A DNA stretch of 64,000 bases. Origin: an uncultured delta proteobacterium. GTDB taxonomy: Bacteria; Desulfobacterota; Zymogenia; Zymogenales; Zymogenaceae. Where the stretch lies: positions 96,001-160,000 of the forward strand of contig CAWBYW010000007.1 of the NCBI GenBank assembly GCA_963792965.1. The letters are read 5' to 3'. The notes beneath the pieces are model-generated. The model had not been told where the DNA came from. It worked only from the letters and a program-made list of their open reading frames with translations, and did not search any database. A program made the translations under genes and the position numbers. Below, one piece after another: positions 40,835 through 50,813 of the stretch. Position 1 is the stretch's first letter, and the number at the start of each line of letters is the position of its first letter.

Positions 40835-42115
40835 ATGGGCGCCCAACTTACCAAGGATCAGCTGAATGAGATAAAGAAACAAGCGCTGGATGACTATTCC
40901 CGGTATGTCAATCCCCAGAAAGCACGGGTATTAAAGAACGCCGGGCTTGACATTATCGAGGGTAAGCGGGAGGGAGCGGCGGTATGGGATATCACGGGTA
41001 AGAAGTACATCGACTGTATCACGTCGGCCGGATCGTTCAATGTCGGGAGAAGGAACCCCGAGATCATTGCCGCCTTGAAGCAGGCGCTTGACGAATACGA
41101 TCTGGGCGTCTTTCTCCTCTGCAGCAAGCCCAAGGCGGACCTGGCCAAAAGGCTCGCGGAGATCACCCCGGGCGACCTCCAGTACGTCATGTACGGGTCG
41201 GGAGGCGGAGAAGCCAACGACTTCGCCATCAAGCTCGCCCGCGGGTACACGATGAAGAATGAAGTCATCTCAACGATCAAAGCATATCACGGCCATACCG
41301 GATTTTCACTTGCCGCCATCGGTCGGGAGGAATACAGAAAGCCATTCGGCGCGATGGTCCCGGGGTACAAACACGTCCCCTATAACAACCTCTCCGCAAT
41401 GGAAGAGGCGATCACCGAGGATACCGCCTGCGTGATCATTGAGCCGGTTCAGGGGGAGGGGGGCATCTACCCCGCCTCGGACGACTACATGAAGGGGCTC
41501 AGAAAGATTTGCGACGACCACGAAGTACTCCTCATCTTCGACGAGATCCAGACGGGATTCGGACGCACGGGCAAGATGTTCTGTTGCGAATATTCGGGCG
41601 TCGTCCCGGACATCATGACCGTGGCCAAATCGCTGGGCGGCTCCATCTACCCGATATCGGCCACGATATACCGCGGGGAGCTCGGGGACTTCGTGATGAC
41701 GCACGCCTTCACCCACCTGTCCACGTTCGGGGGCTCGGACCTCGGGTGTATCGTGGGGCTTGCCGTTATCGACTATATCACGAAGCACAAGCTGCCCGAG
41801 CACGCGGCAAAGATGGGCGAGCGCTTCCAGAAAGGGTTCGACGAGCTGTTAAAGAAGTATCCCGAGCTGCTCACGGAGGTCCGACGCAAGGGCCTCATGA
41901 TGGGCCTCCAGTATACCAACGACAGCATCGGGCCGCGGATGAGCTATCAGCTGGCCCAGAACGGCGTTATGGCGATCTATACGGGGAACGAGCCGTCGGT
42001 CATGCGCATCATGCCCTCGCTCGTCATAGAGCCCGACGAGGTCGATTTCGTAATCGAGGCCATCGATACGTCGATGGCCGAGATCATGAAACAGGGCGGC
42101 ATAGAGAAATATTAA
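40835..42115 (+). CDS. Class III PLP aminotransferase, paralog 1
   Basis: [50 protein letters not shown]; GAGGAG RBS favours the ATG at 40835. Confidence 0.95.
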   Translation: MGAQLTKDQLNEIKKQALDDYSRYVNPQKARVLKNAGLDIIEGKREGAAVWDITGKKYIDCITSAGSFNVGRRNPEIIAALKQALDEYDLGVFLLCSKPKADLAKRLAEITPGDLQYVMYGSGGGEANDFAIKLARGYTMKNEVISTIKAYHGHTGFSLAAIGREEYRKPFGAMVPGYKHVPYNNLSAMEEAITEDTACVIIEPVQGEGGIYPASDDYMKGLRKICDDHEVLLIFDEIQTGFGRTGKMFCCEYSGVVPDIMTVAKSLGGSIYPISATIYRGELGDFVMTHAFTHLSTFGGSDLGCIVGLAVIDYITKHKLPEHAAKMGERFQKGFDELLKKYPELLTEVRRKGLMMGLQYTNDSIGPRMSYQLAQNGVMAIYTGNEPSVMRIMPSLVIEPDEVDFVIEAIDTSMAEIMKQGGIEKY

Positions 42116-42132
42116 GTCACAGGAGGTTTTTT

Positions 42133-42492
42133 ATGGCGACAGCGGACGAAATCTGGGAGGCCCTTGCCGACTTTACCGAGCAGTGTAACAGTAACAAACG
42201 GCTCAGGAAGATGCAAAGGGATTGGACGAAGGTTATGCACTTTAAGGCCTCGGATACGGGAGACTCCTTTACTATGAAGGTCGTCGAAGGCGAGATCGTC
42301 AAGAATGATCGGGGATCGATCGGGACTCCCGACATCATCGTCGAGACGGAGAGTGAGACGATGTGTGATATGTTCTGGGGAGATATCAATCCCACGCAGA
42401 AGTATCTCCGGGGCGAGATCAAGGTCAAGGGAACCCAGGAGGACGTCATGCGCATCGATGTCATCTCCGCGGTCATCTGGCCGGAGGTGTAG
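42133..42492 (+). CDS. SCP2 sterol/lipid-carrier domain protein
   Basis: AGGAGG RBS; PDIIVETESETMCDMFWGDINPTQKYLRGEIKVKG is a typical SCP2 C-terminal pattern. Confidence 0.85.
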   Translation: MATADEIWEALADFTEQCNSNKRLRKMQRDWTKVMHFKASDTGDSFTMKVVEGEIVKNDRGSIGTPDIIVETESETMCDMFWGDINPTQKYLRGEIKVKGTQEDVMRIDVISAVIWPEV

Positions 42493-42493
42493 C

Positions 42494-43780
42494 ATGTCCA
42501 TTATCGATGAGATTCTCGCCCAGACCGACGTGGAAAAGATCAGGAAGGAAGCAGAAGAGAATTACAGAGAGTATGTAAACCCCTTCGCGCTTCGGATGTT
42601 TAAGAACGCGAGCCTCGACATCATCGAGGGAAAGCGAGAAGGGGCCTGTGTGTGGGACATCTCGGGCCAAAAGTACATCGATTGCGTTACGGGCGCGGGA
42701 ATCTTCAACGTCGGCAGACACAACGAGGAGATCGTCGAGGGGTTAAAGAAAGCCCTCAATACATATGATATGGGGGGCTGGATTTCCATCGTGCGCGAGC
42801 GAGGGCTTCTCGCAAAGAAGCTTGCCGAGATCACGCCCGGGGACCTCAAGTTTTCGCTCTTTTGCTGCGGCGGTGGGGAGGCTATCGAGGTGGCAATCAA
42901 GCTCGCGCGCGGCCATACCGACAAGACCGAAATCATCTGCATGGAAAACGGGTACCATGGGGTGACAGGGTTCGCATTGCCTGCAACGGGACGGGATGTC
43001 TACAAAGAGCCCTTCGCCCCCCTGACCCCCGGCTATAAGCACGTCCGATACAACGACATCGGCGCGGTGGAAGAGGCGATCACGGAGGAGACGGCCGCGG
43101 TGATGCTGGAGCCGATCCAGGGAGAGGGAGGCATTATCCCCGCACGCGATGAATACCTCCGTGATCTGAGAAAGCTCTGCACGGACAACGAGATCCTCCT
43201 TATTTTCGATGAAGTCCAGACGGGATTCGGCCGCACCGGGAAGATGTTCTGCGCCGAGCACAGCGGGGTGAATCCCGACATCATGGTGCTGGCGAAATCT
43301 CTCTCCGGGGGCCTCTATCCACTATCGTGCGCGATCTTTACCGAGGAGATCTCCGAATTCCTCATGACGCATCCCTTTATCATCATCAATTCATTCGGCG
43401 GCACGTCACTGGCGTGTTTGGTCGCCCTGGCGACGATCGAGTATATCCAGAAAAACGACCTCCCGGCCCACGCCCAGGCAATGGGACAGCGGTTCATGGC
43501 CGCCCTTGCGTCCCTTAAGGAAAAGTATCCTGAGCTCGTGCTTGACGTGCGGGGCAAGGGACTCATGCTCGGCATGGAGTTTCCCGAGGACAGTATCGGT
43601 CCGCGGATGGCATATCAGTTGAAGCAAAACGGCGTGATTTCGATCTATACGTTCAACAACCCGCGTATCATACGCATCATGCCGACCCTCGTTATCAACG
43701 AGAAGGAGGTCGATTTTGTTATCGAAGCCTTCGATAGATCGCTTGCCGAGATCAGGAGCCAGGAACAGAAGGTCAAATAG
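42494..43780 (+). CDS. Class III PLP aminotransferase, paralog 2
   Basis: [46 protein letters not shown]. Confidence 0.95.
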   Translation: MSIIDEILAQTDVEKIRKEAEENYREYVNPFALRMFKNASLDIIEGKREGACVWDISGQKYIDCVTGAGIFNVGRHNEEIVEGLKKALNTYDMGGWISIVRERGLLAKKLAEITPGDLKFSLFCCGGGEAIEVAIKLARGHTDKTEIICMENGYHGVTGFALPATGRDVYKEPFAPLTPGYKHVRYNDIGAVEEAITEETAAVMLEPIQGEGGIIPARDEYLRDLRKLCTDNEILLIFDEVQTGFGRTGKMFCAEHSGVNPDIMVLAKSLSGGLYPLSCAIFTEEISEFLMTHPFIIINSFGGTSLACLVALATIEYIQKNDLPAHAQAMGQRFMAALASLKEKYPELVLDVRGKGLMLGMEFPEDSIGPRMAYQLKQNGVISIYTFNNPRIIRIMPTLVINEKEVDFVIEAFDRSLAEIRSQEQKVK

Positions 43781-43873
43781 TCACCGTATGCTCAAGAATG
43801 CCGACATCGGATTTGGTTACGTACATGTAGTTTTCTACCACTATGAAGGGAATACCCCTGCGAGGTGCGAATC

Positions 43874-45508
43874 ATGACAGAGCTCAGACGAGGGATCGGG
43901 CTGCGAACGATTGTCTCCACGGGAGCGGGCATGGCACTTGCCTCGGTTACCTATATATCATTTATCCAGCTGGCGAGTTACCTTACGGGGAATTCCGCCT
44001 GGATCGCCATTCTTACCGCAGGCCTCATGGCGGTCTTGGCGGGGTCATGCTTCTGTGAGCTGAATTCAATGTACCCGACCGCGGCGGGAATCAAGCTCTT
44101 CATCGAGCGTGCGTTCAACGAGCGTACCGCGATCGTCATCTCGGGGGTCTATGTCCTCGGGCAGCTTGCCATTGTCGGCGCCGAGATTTACATACTCTCT
44201 CAGGCGATATCCCAGGGGGTATCGTTTGTCCCGCCGATCGTCTGGGCGGCGGCCTGTGTCCTGGTTCTCCTCTACCTCAATTTCAGAGGAATCACTGTTG
44301 CCGGAATAGCCCAGGATATCCTCGCGTACACGATGTTTGTCGGCCTTATTGCGGTCTCCTTCTACGGGTTCTACACCATCGGTTTTCACATCACAAACCC
44401 GTTTACCATCGGCTCGTTCGACGGCTTTATCCAGGCCGTTGCCATCGGGATATCGACCTATATCGCCTTCGAGTGGGTCATCACCGTCTCGGAAGAAGTG
44501 ACCGACGTGAAGCTCGTGCCGAGAGGGATGATGATGGCCCTCGGTCTTTTGGCGATCACCTATGCCCTCTTTTCCACGGCCATGACCTCGGTCCTCGGCT
44601 GGGGGCTCCTCGCCCCGGTCATCTCTCCCGAGGGGATTCCGACCCCTCACGTCCTTTACGGCAAGTTCCTGCTGGGGAATTTCGGGCTCTACTTCATGAT
44701 CATCATGGGGCTGTTGGCGTCGACGACTTCGCTTAACGCCGGAATCATGACCGCCTCGCGGTTCATTTACGCCATGGCGCGGGATTGGTCGCTGCCGAAG
44801 TTCCTGGCAAGGCTCCATCCACGCTATGCAACCCCGTGGGTCGCCATGCTCGTTATCCTGGCGTATTGCGTGGCCGTGACGGTATATGGATTTCTAACCA
44901 ACTTCGTCCTCTCGTTGATCCTTATCATCGCCGCGTCGGAATGTCTGATCTATGTGGTGATGGCGCTATGCGTCATTCGGCTCCGTTACAAGGAGCCGGA
45001 CAAGGAGCGGAGTTTCAAGATAAAGGGGGGCCTCATCATTCCGATCATCGTCATCGTGATCTACAGCGTGGTGGCCGGATTTATCCTCTTCGGCCCGGTG
45101 AAACCCGAAGACCAGATGGATCAGCGTATCTGTCTCTTCTTCATCGTCGGGCTTTTTATCCTTAACACGGTGTACGTATACACGGCCTGGCCGTGGCTTC
45201 GGGCGAAATATAAGAGGATCGCCGATGAGCGGGTACCGAGACGCCGACGGGCGGCCGCCGCGGATACCGGCGACGCGCAGGGATCAGGAAGCGTCGGCTC
45301 TGAAAGGGGTATGAGCCCCGTACGAGTTGTTCGGGTAGTGTGGCCGCGCCGGCCACCCAAGAGGACCGAGGGCGCAGTCAGAAGAGAGATTGAAGGATAC
45401 TGCGGCGGCCGATTGCGTTCAAGACCGATCGGCCGGCCGGAAGATAAAAACCATCAGCAAAAACGTTTCATGGAGGTATCGTTATGGCACTTTCCGATAC
45501 GGAGCTGA
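43874..45508 (+). CDS. APC family amino acid/amine permease, paralog 1 (true stop probably 45314)
   Basis: ELNSMYPTAAG, FEWV..VSEEV, SRFIYAMARD..LP, TPWVA, LRYKEPDKERSF. The tail overlapping the tkt start is probably an artefact: removing one G near 45280 gives a stop at 45314. Confidence 0.88.
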   Translation: MTELRRGIGLRTIVSTGAGMALASVTYISFIQLASYLTGNSAWIAILTAGLMAVLAGSCFCELNSMYPTAAGIKLFIERAFNERTAIVISGVYVLGQLAIVGAEIYILSQAISQGVSFVPPIVWAAACVLVLLYLNFRGITVAGIAQDILAYTMFVGLIAVSFYGFYTIGFHITNPFTIGSFDGFIQAVAIGISTYIAFEWVITVSEEVTDVKLVPRGMMMALGLLAITYALFSTAMTSVLGWGLLAPVISPEGIPTPHVLYGKFLLGNFGLYFMIIMGLLASTTSLNAGIMTASRFIYAMARDWSLPKFLARLHPRYATPWVAMLVILAYCVAVTVYGFLTNFVLSLILIIAASECLIYVVMALCVIRLRYKEPDKERSFKIKGGLIIPIIVIVIYSVVAGFILFGPVKPEDQMDQRICLFFIVGLFILNTVYVYTAWPWLRAKYKRIADERVPRRRRAAAADTGDAQGSGSVGSERGMSPVRVVRVVWPRRPPKRTEGAVRREIEGYCGGRLRSRPIGRPEDKNHQQKRFMEVSLWHFPIRS

Positions 45509-46326
45509 AAAGCCTTACGGAGAAAGCCCACCAGATCAGAAGGGACATCATCCAGACCCTCGTCTGGTCCGGCGGCGGACACGCCGGGGGCTCTCTTTCC
45601 CAGGCCGATATTTTGGTGGCCCTCTACTACAAATATCTCAACATCGACCCGAAACGCCCCGACTGGCCCGACCGCGACAGGGTTATCCTCTCCAAAGGAC
45701 ACGGAGGGGTCGGGTTTGCGCCGATCCTTGCCGACAAGGGGTATTTCGACAAAGAGCTTCTCAAGGGGTTCAATCATACCGGATCCCCCTTCGGGATGCA
45801 CCTGGACAGCCTGAAGGTCAAGGGAGTGGATGCCTCGACAGGGTCGCTGGGCCACGGCCTGTCCATCTCGGTCGGGCTTGCCCTCGGCGCAAAGCTCAAG
45901 AAGAAAAAATGGCTCACCTGGTGCATCATGGGCGACGGGGAGCAGGCCGAAGGGAGCGTCTGGGAGGCGGCGATGGCGGCATGCCACTACAAGATCGGCA
46001 ACCTCAAGGCGATCATCGATAACAATAAGTTCTGCATCGATGGGGCCTGCGAAGACATCATGTGCATCGAGCCGCTCAAAAAGAAATGGGAGTCGTTCGG
46101 CTGGAAGGCCTTCGAGGTCGACGGGCACGACTTCAAGGACCTGTGCGGCGGGATCGACAAGGCCATCGCGCACAAGGATGGGCCGTGCGTCATCATCGCC
46201 CACACGATTAAGGGGAAGGGCGTCGACTTCATGGAGGACCAGGCGGCGTGGCACTACGGCGGGCTGGACGCGGATAAGACCAAGAAGGCCCTCGAATCGA
46301 TCGATCGGATGTATGCTAAAAAATAA
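45484..46326 (+). CDS. Split transketolase, N-terminal (ThDP-binding) subunit
   Basis: GGGHAGGSLS, DRVILSKGH, STGSLGHG, GDGE...EGSVWEA...DNN, HTIKGKG, WH. Confidence 0.95.
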   Translation: MALSDTELKSLTEKAHQIRRDIIQTLVWSGGGHAGGSLSQADILVALYYKYLNIDPKRPDWPDRDRVILSKGHGGVGFAPILADKGYFDKELLKGFNHTGSPFGMHLDSLKVKGVDASTGSLGHGLSISVGLALGAKLKKKKWLTWCIMGDGEQAEGSVWEAAMAACHYKIGNLKAIIDNNKFCIDGACEDIMCIEPLKKKWESFGWKAFEVDGHDFKDLCGGIDKAIAHKDGPCVIIAHTIKGKGVDFMEDQAAWHYGGLDADKTKKALESIDRMYAKK

Positions 46327-46343
46327 AGAAAAGGAGGTACGCC

Positions 46344-47364
46344 ATGGCTGAGCAGGCTGGAGGCTTGACATATACGATTTACGACGCCGACAAGATGACG
46401 GCGGCCGAGATTTATGGCGAGGTATTGACCCAACTGGGAGGTCAACGCCCCGAGATCGTGGGGCTGACGGCCGACCTGGCCAAATCCACCAAGATCGGTG
46501 CGTTCGGGCAGAAGTACCCGGACAGGTTCTTCAACGTGGGCATCGCCGAGCAGAACATGTTCGGTATCGGCGCGGGTCTCGCGCTGGCGGGCTTCACGCC
46601 GTTCATCTCGACGTTTGCGATCTTTGTATGTACACGGGCCTCGGAACAGGTGAGAACCGACATCTGCTACCAGAAGCTCAATTGCAAGATCATCGCAACC
46701 CACTCGGGCATATCCTTCGGGCAGGCCGGGACGACTCACCACTGCACGGAGGATCTGGCGATCATGCGGTCATTTGCGAACATGACCGTCATCGCGCCGT
46801 CCGACGGTCTGGAGACCGCCAAAGCGGTGCAGGCGTGCGTTGACTGGAAGGGTCCCGTCTATATCAGGATCGGACGTGGCTTCGAGCCCCGTGTCAACAA
46901 AGACGATAAGTTCGAGTACAAAATCGGAAAAGCCCGGGAGATGTGTTCCGGCACGGACGTGACGGTTATCGCATGCGGCTCTCCGGTCGTCGCGGCGGTA
47001 GATGCGGCCGACTTCCTCAAGAAGAACGATAAGCTCTCGGTGCGGGTCCTCAACATGCACACCGTGAAGCCGATCGACCGCGACGCCATCGAGAAGGCGG
47101 TCAAGGAGACCAGAAGGATCATCACCTTCGAGGACCACAGCATTATCGGAGGACTCGGCAGCGCGGTCGCCGAAGTCATCGCGGACCTCGGCAAAGGGAT
47201 GCGCCTTCAAGCGCGTGGGACTCCCCGATGAGTTCTCGCCCGTCGGGTATCCGGAGGACCTCTACCATCACTATAAGCTTGACTCCGAGGGGGTCATCGA
47301 GACGGTGAGAGAGGTGCTCGGAAAGGAGTACGAGGAAGACGAAGACTGGCAGGATGAATTTTAA
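46344..47364 (+). CDS. Split transketolase, C-terminal subunit, frameshifted near 47195
   Basis: ADLAKST, GIAEQNM, GPVYIRIGR, VKPID, EDHSIIGGLGSAVAE; continues in the +1 frame as CAFKRVGLPDEF...LYHHYKLD to TAA at 47364. Confidence 0.93.
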
Positions 47365-47380
47365 ACGATAAGGAGGCGAT

Positions 47381-48157
47381 ATGCCCGACAAGGATTATGT
47401 CCTGGCAAGGATCATGCTGAGGGCCGCCGTGCCGCTTGCGAAGACCTTGATCGAAGACGACCCGAAGATGCGCGAAAAGTACCGGGGATTCAATAAGGTG
47501 GTCCAGTTCGAGGTGAAGGGGAGCGAAGATCTCGTCACCCAGCTCAAATTCGAGGACGGTATCCCCAAGCCGATCTTCGAACGGGACCCAAACCCCGACC
47601 TTGCCTTCATCTTTAAGAGCGCCAAGCAGCTCAACGCCTTTTTCGGAGGCAAACCCGCCATTCCGAAGATCAAGGGGCTCACGAAGGTCGGCGTCCTCCT
47701 CAAGGTCGTCCCGCTCCTGCTGGGCCTGACGCTGCTGCTCCCCACGAAGATCCCCAAGGATCCTGCGAAACGGAGGCTCAAGGTAAAGCTCCTCTTCTAT
47801 ATGCTCAGCTCGGCGCTGTCGCAGATGAACAAGGCCGGGGACGAGGAGTTCGTCGAGTTCACCAAGAAAATGCCCGACCGTGTCATCCAGTGGTCCTGCC
47901 TTCCCGATGGGCCCTTTGCCTACCTGCGCATCAAATACGGAAAGACAAAAGCCGGCAGAGGCGTCTATACGAGGAGGAGGCCGTTTATCGACATGCAGTT
48001 CAACGGCGTGGATGCCGCCATACAGGTTCTCACCAACCAGGTAGACCTCGTCCAGGCTATTATGGACGGGAAGCTCAACCAGGAAGGATCGCCGGAATAC
48101 GGCAAGGACCTCGGCGCCTTCATGCTCAAGATCGACGCGTGGATGAAGGAAGTGTAG
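47381..48157 (+). CDS. Hypothetical protein with two SCP2-like repeats
   Basis: AAGGAGG RBS; PDLAFIFKSAKQLNAFFGGK and PFIDMQFNGVDAAIQVLTNQVDLVQAIMDGKLNQEG resemble SCP2 motifs (by eye). Confidence 0.65.
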   Translation: MPDKDYVLARIMLRAAVPLAKTLIEDDPKMREKYRGFNKVVQFEVKGSEDLVTQLKFEDGIPKPIFERDPNPDLAFIFKSAKQLNAFFGGKPAIPKIKGLTKVGVLLKVVPLLLGLTLLLPTKIPKDPAKRRLKVKLLFYMLSSALSQMNKAGDEEFVEFTKKMPDRVIQWSCLPDGPFAYLRIKYGKTKAGRGVYTRRRPFIDMQFNGVDAAIQVLTNQVDLVQAIMDGKLNQEGSPEYGKDLGAFMLKIDAWMKEV

Positions 48158-48253
48158 CCTCTCGCTCGCAGGTAAGGTCAGTGGCGAGCGGAGCAAGGCG
48201 GTTTCGTCTATTCTTCTGATGGGCCTATCATCGGAAAGGAGAAAGGAACGGGT

Positions 48254-49611
48254 ATGAGCCAACTCAAACGGGTGGTGAAGCTCAGGACGGTGGTAGCCAC
48301 GAGCGCCGGCATGGCAATGGCAACCTCCTGTTATACGGCCGGGGTCAAGGTTGCCATGTTGGTCGCGGGCAACTCCGCGTGGATATCCATCGCCGTCGCG
48401 GGTTTCATGTGCATCCTGTCGGCCATGTGCTTTTCAGAGCTCAACGGGATGTACCCGTCCGCCGCGGGCATTCGGCTCTTCATCGAGCGAGCCTTCGGCG
48501 AGAAGGCGGCCATCTCTATCGGGGCCTTCTACCTCGGCTGCGCAATCGCGATGGTGGGGCCGGAAACGCACATCCTCAGCAGTGTCATCGGCACGATCGC
48601 TCCGGGCGTTCATCCTTTCGTGTGGGTAGTGGTCTTTTTGGGCTTGATCGCCCTCATCAATCTGAGGGGGGTCAAGGTCGCCGGGTGGGCCGAGGATATC
48701 ATGACCTATGTCATGCTCACCTTCATGGTATTCGTGGGCATCTACGCGATCGGTAAGTTCGGGGTTTCATCCAAAGAGCTCTTCAACACCGGCGGGGTGA
48801 CCAACGTCTTTCAGGCGGCGGCGGTCGGCGTATTCCTCTTCGTCGGATTCGAGTGGGTGACACCGCTGGCGGAGGAAGTGCTTGACAGCAAGATGATCGC
48901 CAAAGGGATGATGTGGGCCATCGGGCTGTTATGCCTCACCTACGTCTTGTTCATTACGGGGATGACCGCCGTGGTCCCCAAGGAGACACTTGCGGTGTCG
49001 GCAATCCCGCACATCATCGTGGGGAACGCCCTGTTCGGGAAGGCCGGCATCTATATGTTCGTCGTGATGAGCTGCCTGGCCTCGCTGACCTCGTACAACG
49101 CGGGATTTTTGAATTTTTCGCGCTTCATGTACGCCATGGGACGGGATAACGTGCTGCCGCGGATATTCTCACGCATCAGCGACCGGTACGCCACGCCGTG
49201 GTTTGCGGTCCTCTTTGCTTTTCAGTGTCGCTTCTGATATCGCTCTACATCCACCTCACGGGTAAATACATGACACTGATTATGGTGGCGGCGGCTATTG
49301 AGGTTATTATCTATACGGTGATGGCGCTGTCGGTGATAAAGCTCCGTTTCTCGCTCAAAGACGCCCGAAGACCCTATCGGGTCCCAGGCGGGTTGGTTAT
49401 CCCGATCGTTGCGATCGTCTTTTTCCTGATACTGCTGGTGGGCATCTATTCGGAAGATATTACGGTCCTGTTCATCATGGCCGGGGTTTTTATCGTTTGC
49501 CTCCTCTATACCCTTGTGGTGCCCCCGCGCCTGAGGGCCGCCTATGAAAAAAGGATGTCCGAGCGGGTTCCGCGGAGAAGGAGACCGGGAGGGCCGGAGT
49601 CGGGAAAATAG
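48254..49611 (+). CDS. APC family amino acid/amine permease, paralog 2, frameshifted near 49220
   Basis: FSELNGMYPSAAG, FVGFEWVTPLAEE, SRFMYAMGRD, TPWFA; continues as SVSLLISL...LRFSLKDARRPYRVPGG...ERVPRRRR. Confidence 0.9.
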
Positions 49612-49644
49612 CGTAGTATTGAATCGCGATATAAGGAGTGAAAG

Positions 49645-50743
49645 ATGAAAATCGGAGTTCCTAAGGAGATAAAGGCCGAGGAGAATCGGGTGGCGATCAC
49701 CCCCGCGGGCGTATCCGCGCTGACCAGCCACGGCCATACGGTCTTCGTGGAAAAAGGGGCCGGCCTCGGCAGCGGGATAACGGACCAGGAATATATTGCC
49801 GCGGGGGCTCAGAGCCTTCCGACGAAGGAGGACGTTTGGAAACAGGCCGAGATGATCATCAAGGTAAAGGAGCCGCTCGGCCCGGAATTTGACCTGATCC
49901 GGGACCATATCCTCTTCACCTATTTCCACCTGGCGGCGGATATCGAGCTGACCAAAAAACTTCTGGCGACCAATGTTAAGGCCGTCGCCTACGAAACGAT
50001 CCAGCTTGCCGACGGGTCGCTGCCGCTGCTGGCCCCGATGAGTGAGGTCGCGGGACGGCTCTCGATCCAAATGGGCGCGCGCTGTCTCGAGTCGATCGGG
50101 GGAGGGAAGGGGATCCTCCTGTCGGGTGTCTCGGGAGTGCCGCCGGCAAAGGTGGTGGTCCTCGGTGCCGGGATCGCCGGCTCCAACGCCTGTTACGTGG
50201 CCGTGGGCATGGGGGCGAGGGTAAGCATCCTGGATATCAATCCCGCAAAGCTGCGCTACATCCACGACGTCATGGGAGGCCACGTCGTGACCGTCATGTC
50301 GAACCTCGCCAATATCGAAGAAGAGGTATTGTCGGCCGACCTCGTCGTCGGGACGATCCTCATTCCCGGCGCAAAGGCCACAAAGCTGGTCACTCGGGAG
50401 ATGATAAAGAAGATGAAGAGAGGCTCGGCCATCGTGGACATCTCGGTGGACCAGGGCGGGTGCGTGGAGACCACTCACCCGACGACGCATAAAGATCCGA
50501 CGTATATCGTCGACGGCGTTGTCCACTACGCGGTGGCAAACATGCCGGGGGCGGTTCCGCGCACCTCGACCTTTGCGCTGACAAACTCGACGCTCTCCTA
50601 TGCCCTCGATATCGCCAATAAGGGACTGGACCGCGCAATTGCGCGAGAGCCCGTCCTTGAAGAAAGGGGTCAATATCCTGAATAAGAAACTGACGTACAA
50701 GGCGGTCGCCGAGGCCTTCAACATGAGCTGGGTGGAGATTTAG
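49645..50743 (+). CDS. ald: Alanine dehydrogenase, frameshifted near 50650
   Basis: [50 protein letters not shown]; continues in the +1 frame as [21 protein letters not shown] to TAG at 50743. Confidence 0.96.
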
Positions 50744-50750
50744 ATTTAGC

Positions 50751-50779
50751 TTGATAAAGGGGGCGAAGTTTAGTATAAT
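50751..50779 (+). promoter_or_regulatory. Sigma70 promoter of the AAA+/vWA gene
   Basis: TTGATA-17 bp-TATAAT. Confidence 0.65.
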
Positions 50780-50813
50780 GTATTTTCTATGACGCTCTCT
50801 TAGAAGGGATGGT

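Noticed and set aside
41509-42132. Long N-terminal extension on the SCP2 ORF (also 31602-31913 on DUF2148)
   Set aside because: Out-of-frame overlap with the upstream gene; the real starts are at 42133 (after an AGGAGG RBS) and 31914 (TTG overlapping the stomatin stop).
45315-45508. Arg-rich C-terminal tail of APC1 overlapping transketolase
   Set aside because: Absent from the paralog; removing one G near 45280 gives a normal stop at 45314.
49222-50724. 500-aa minus-strand ORF
   Set aside because: Antisense shadow of ald and APC2, typical of GC-rich codon bias.
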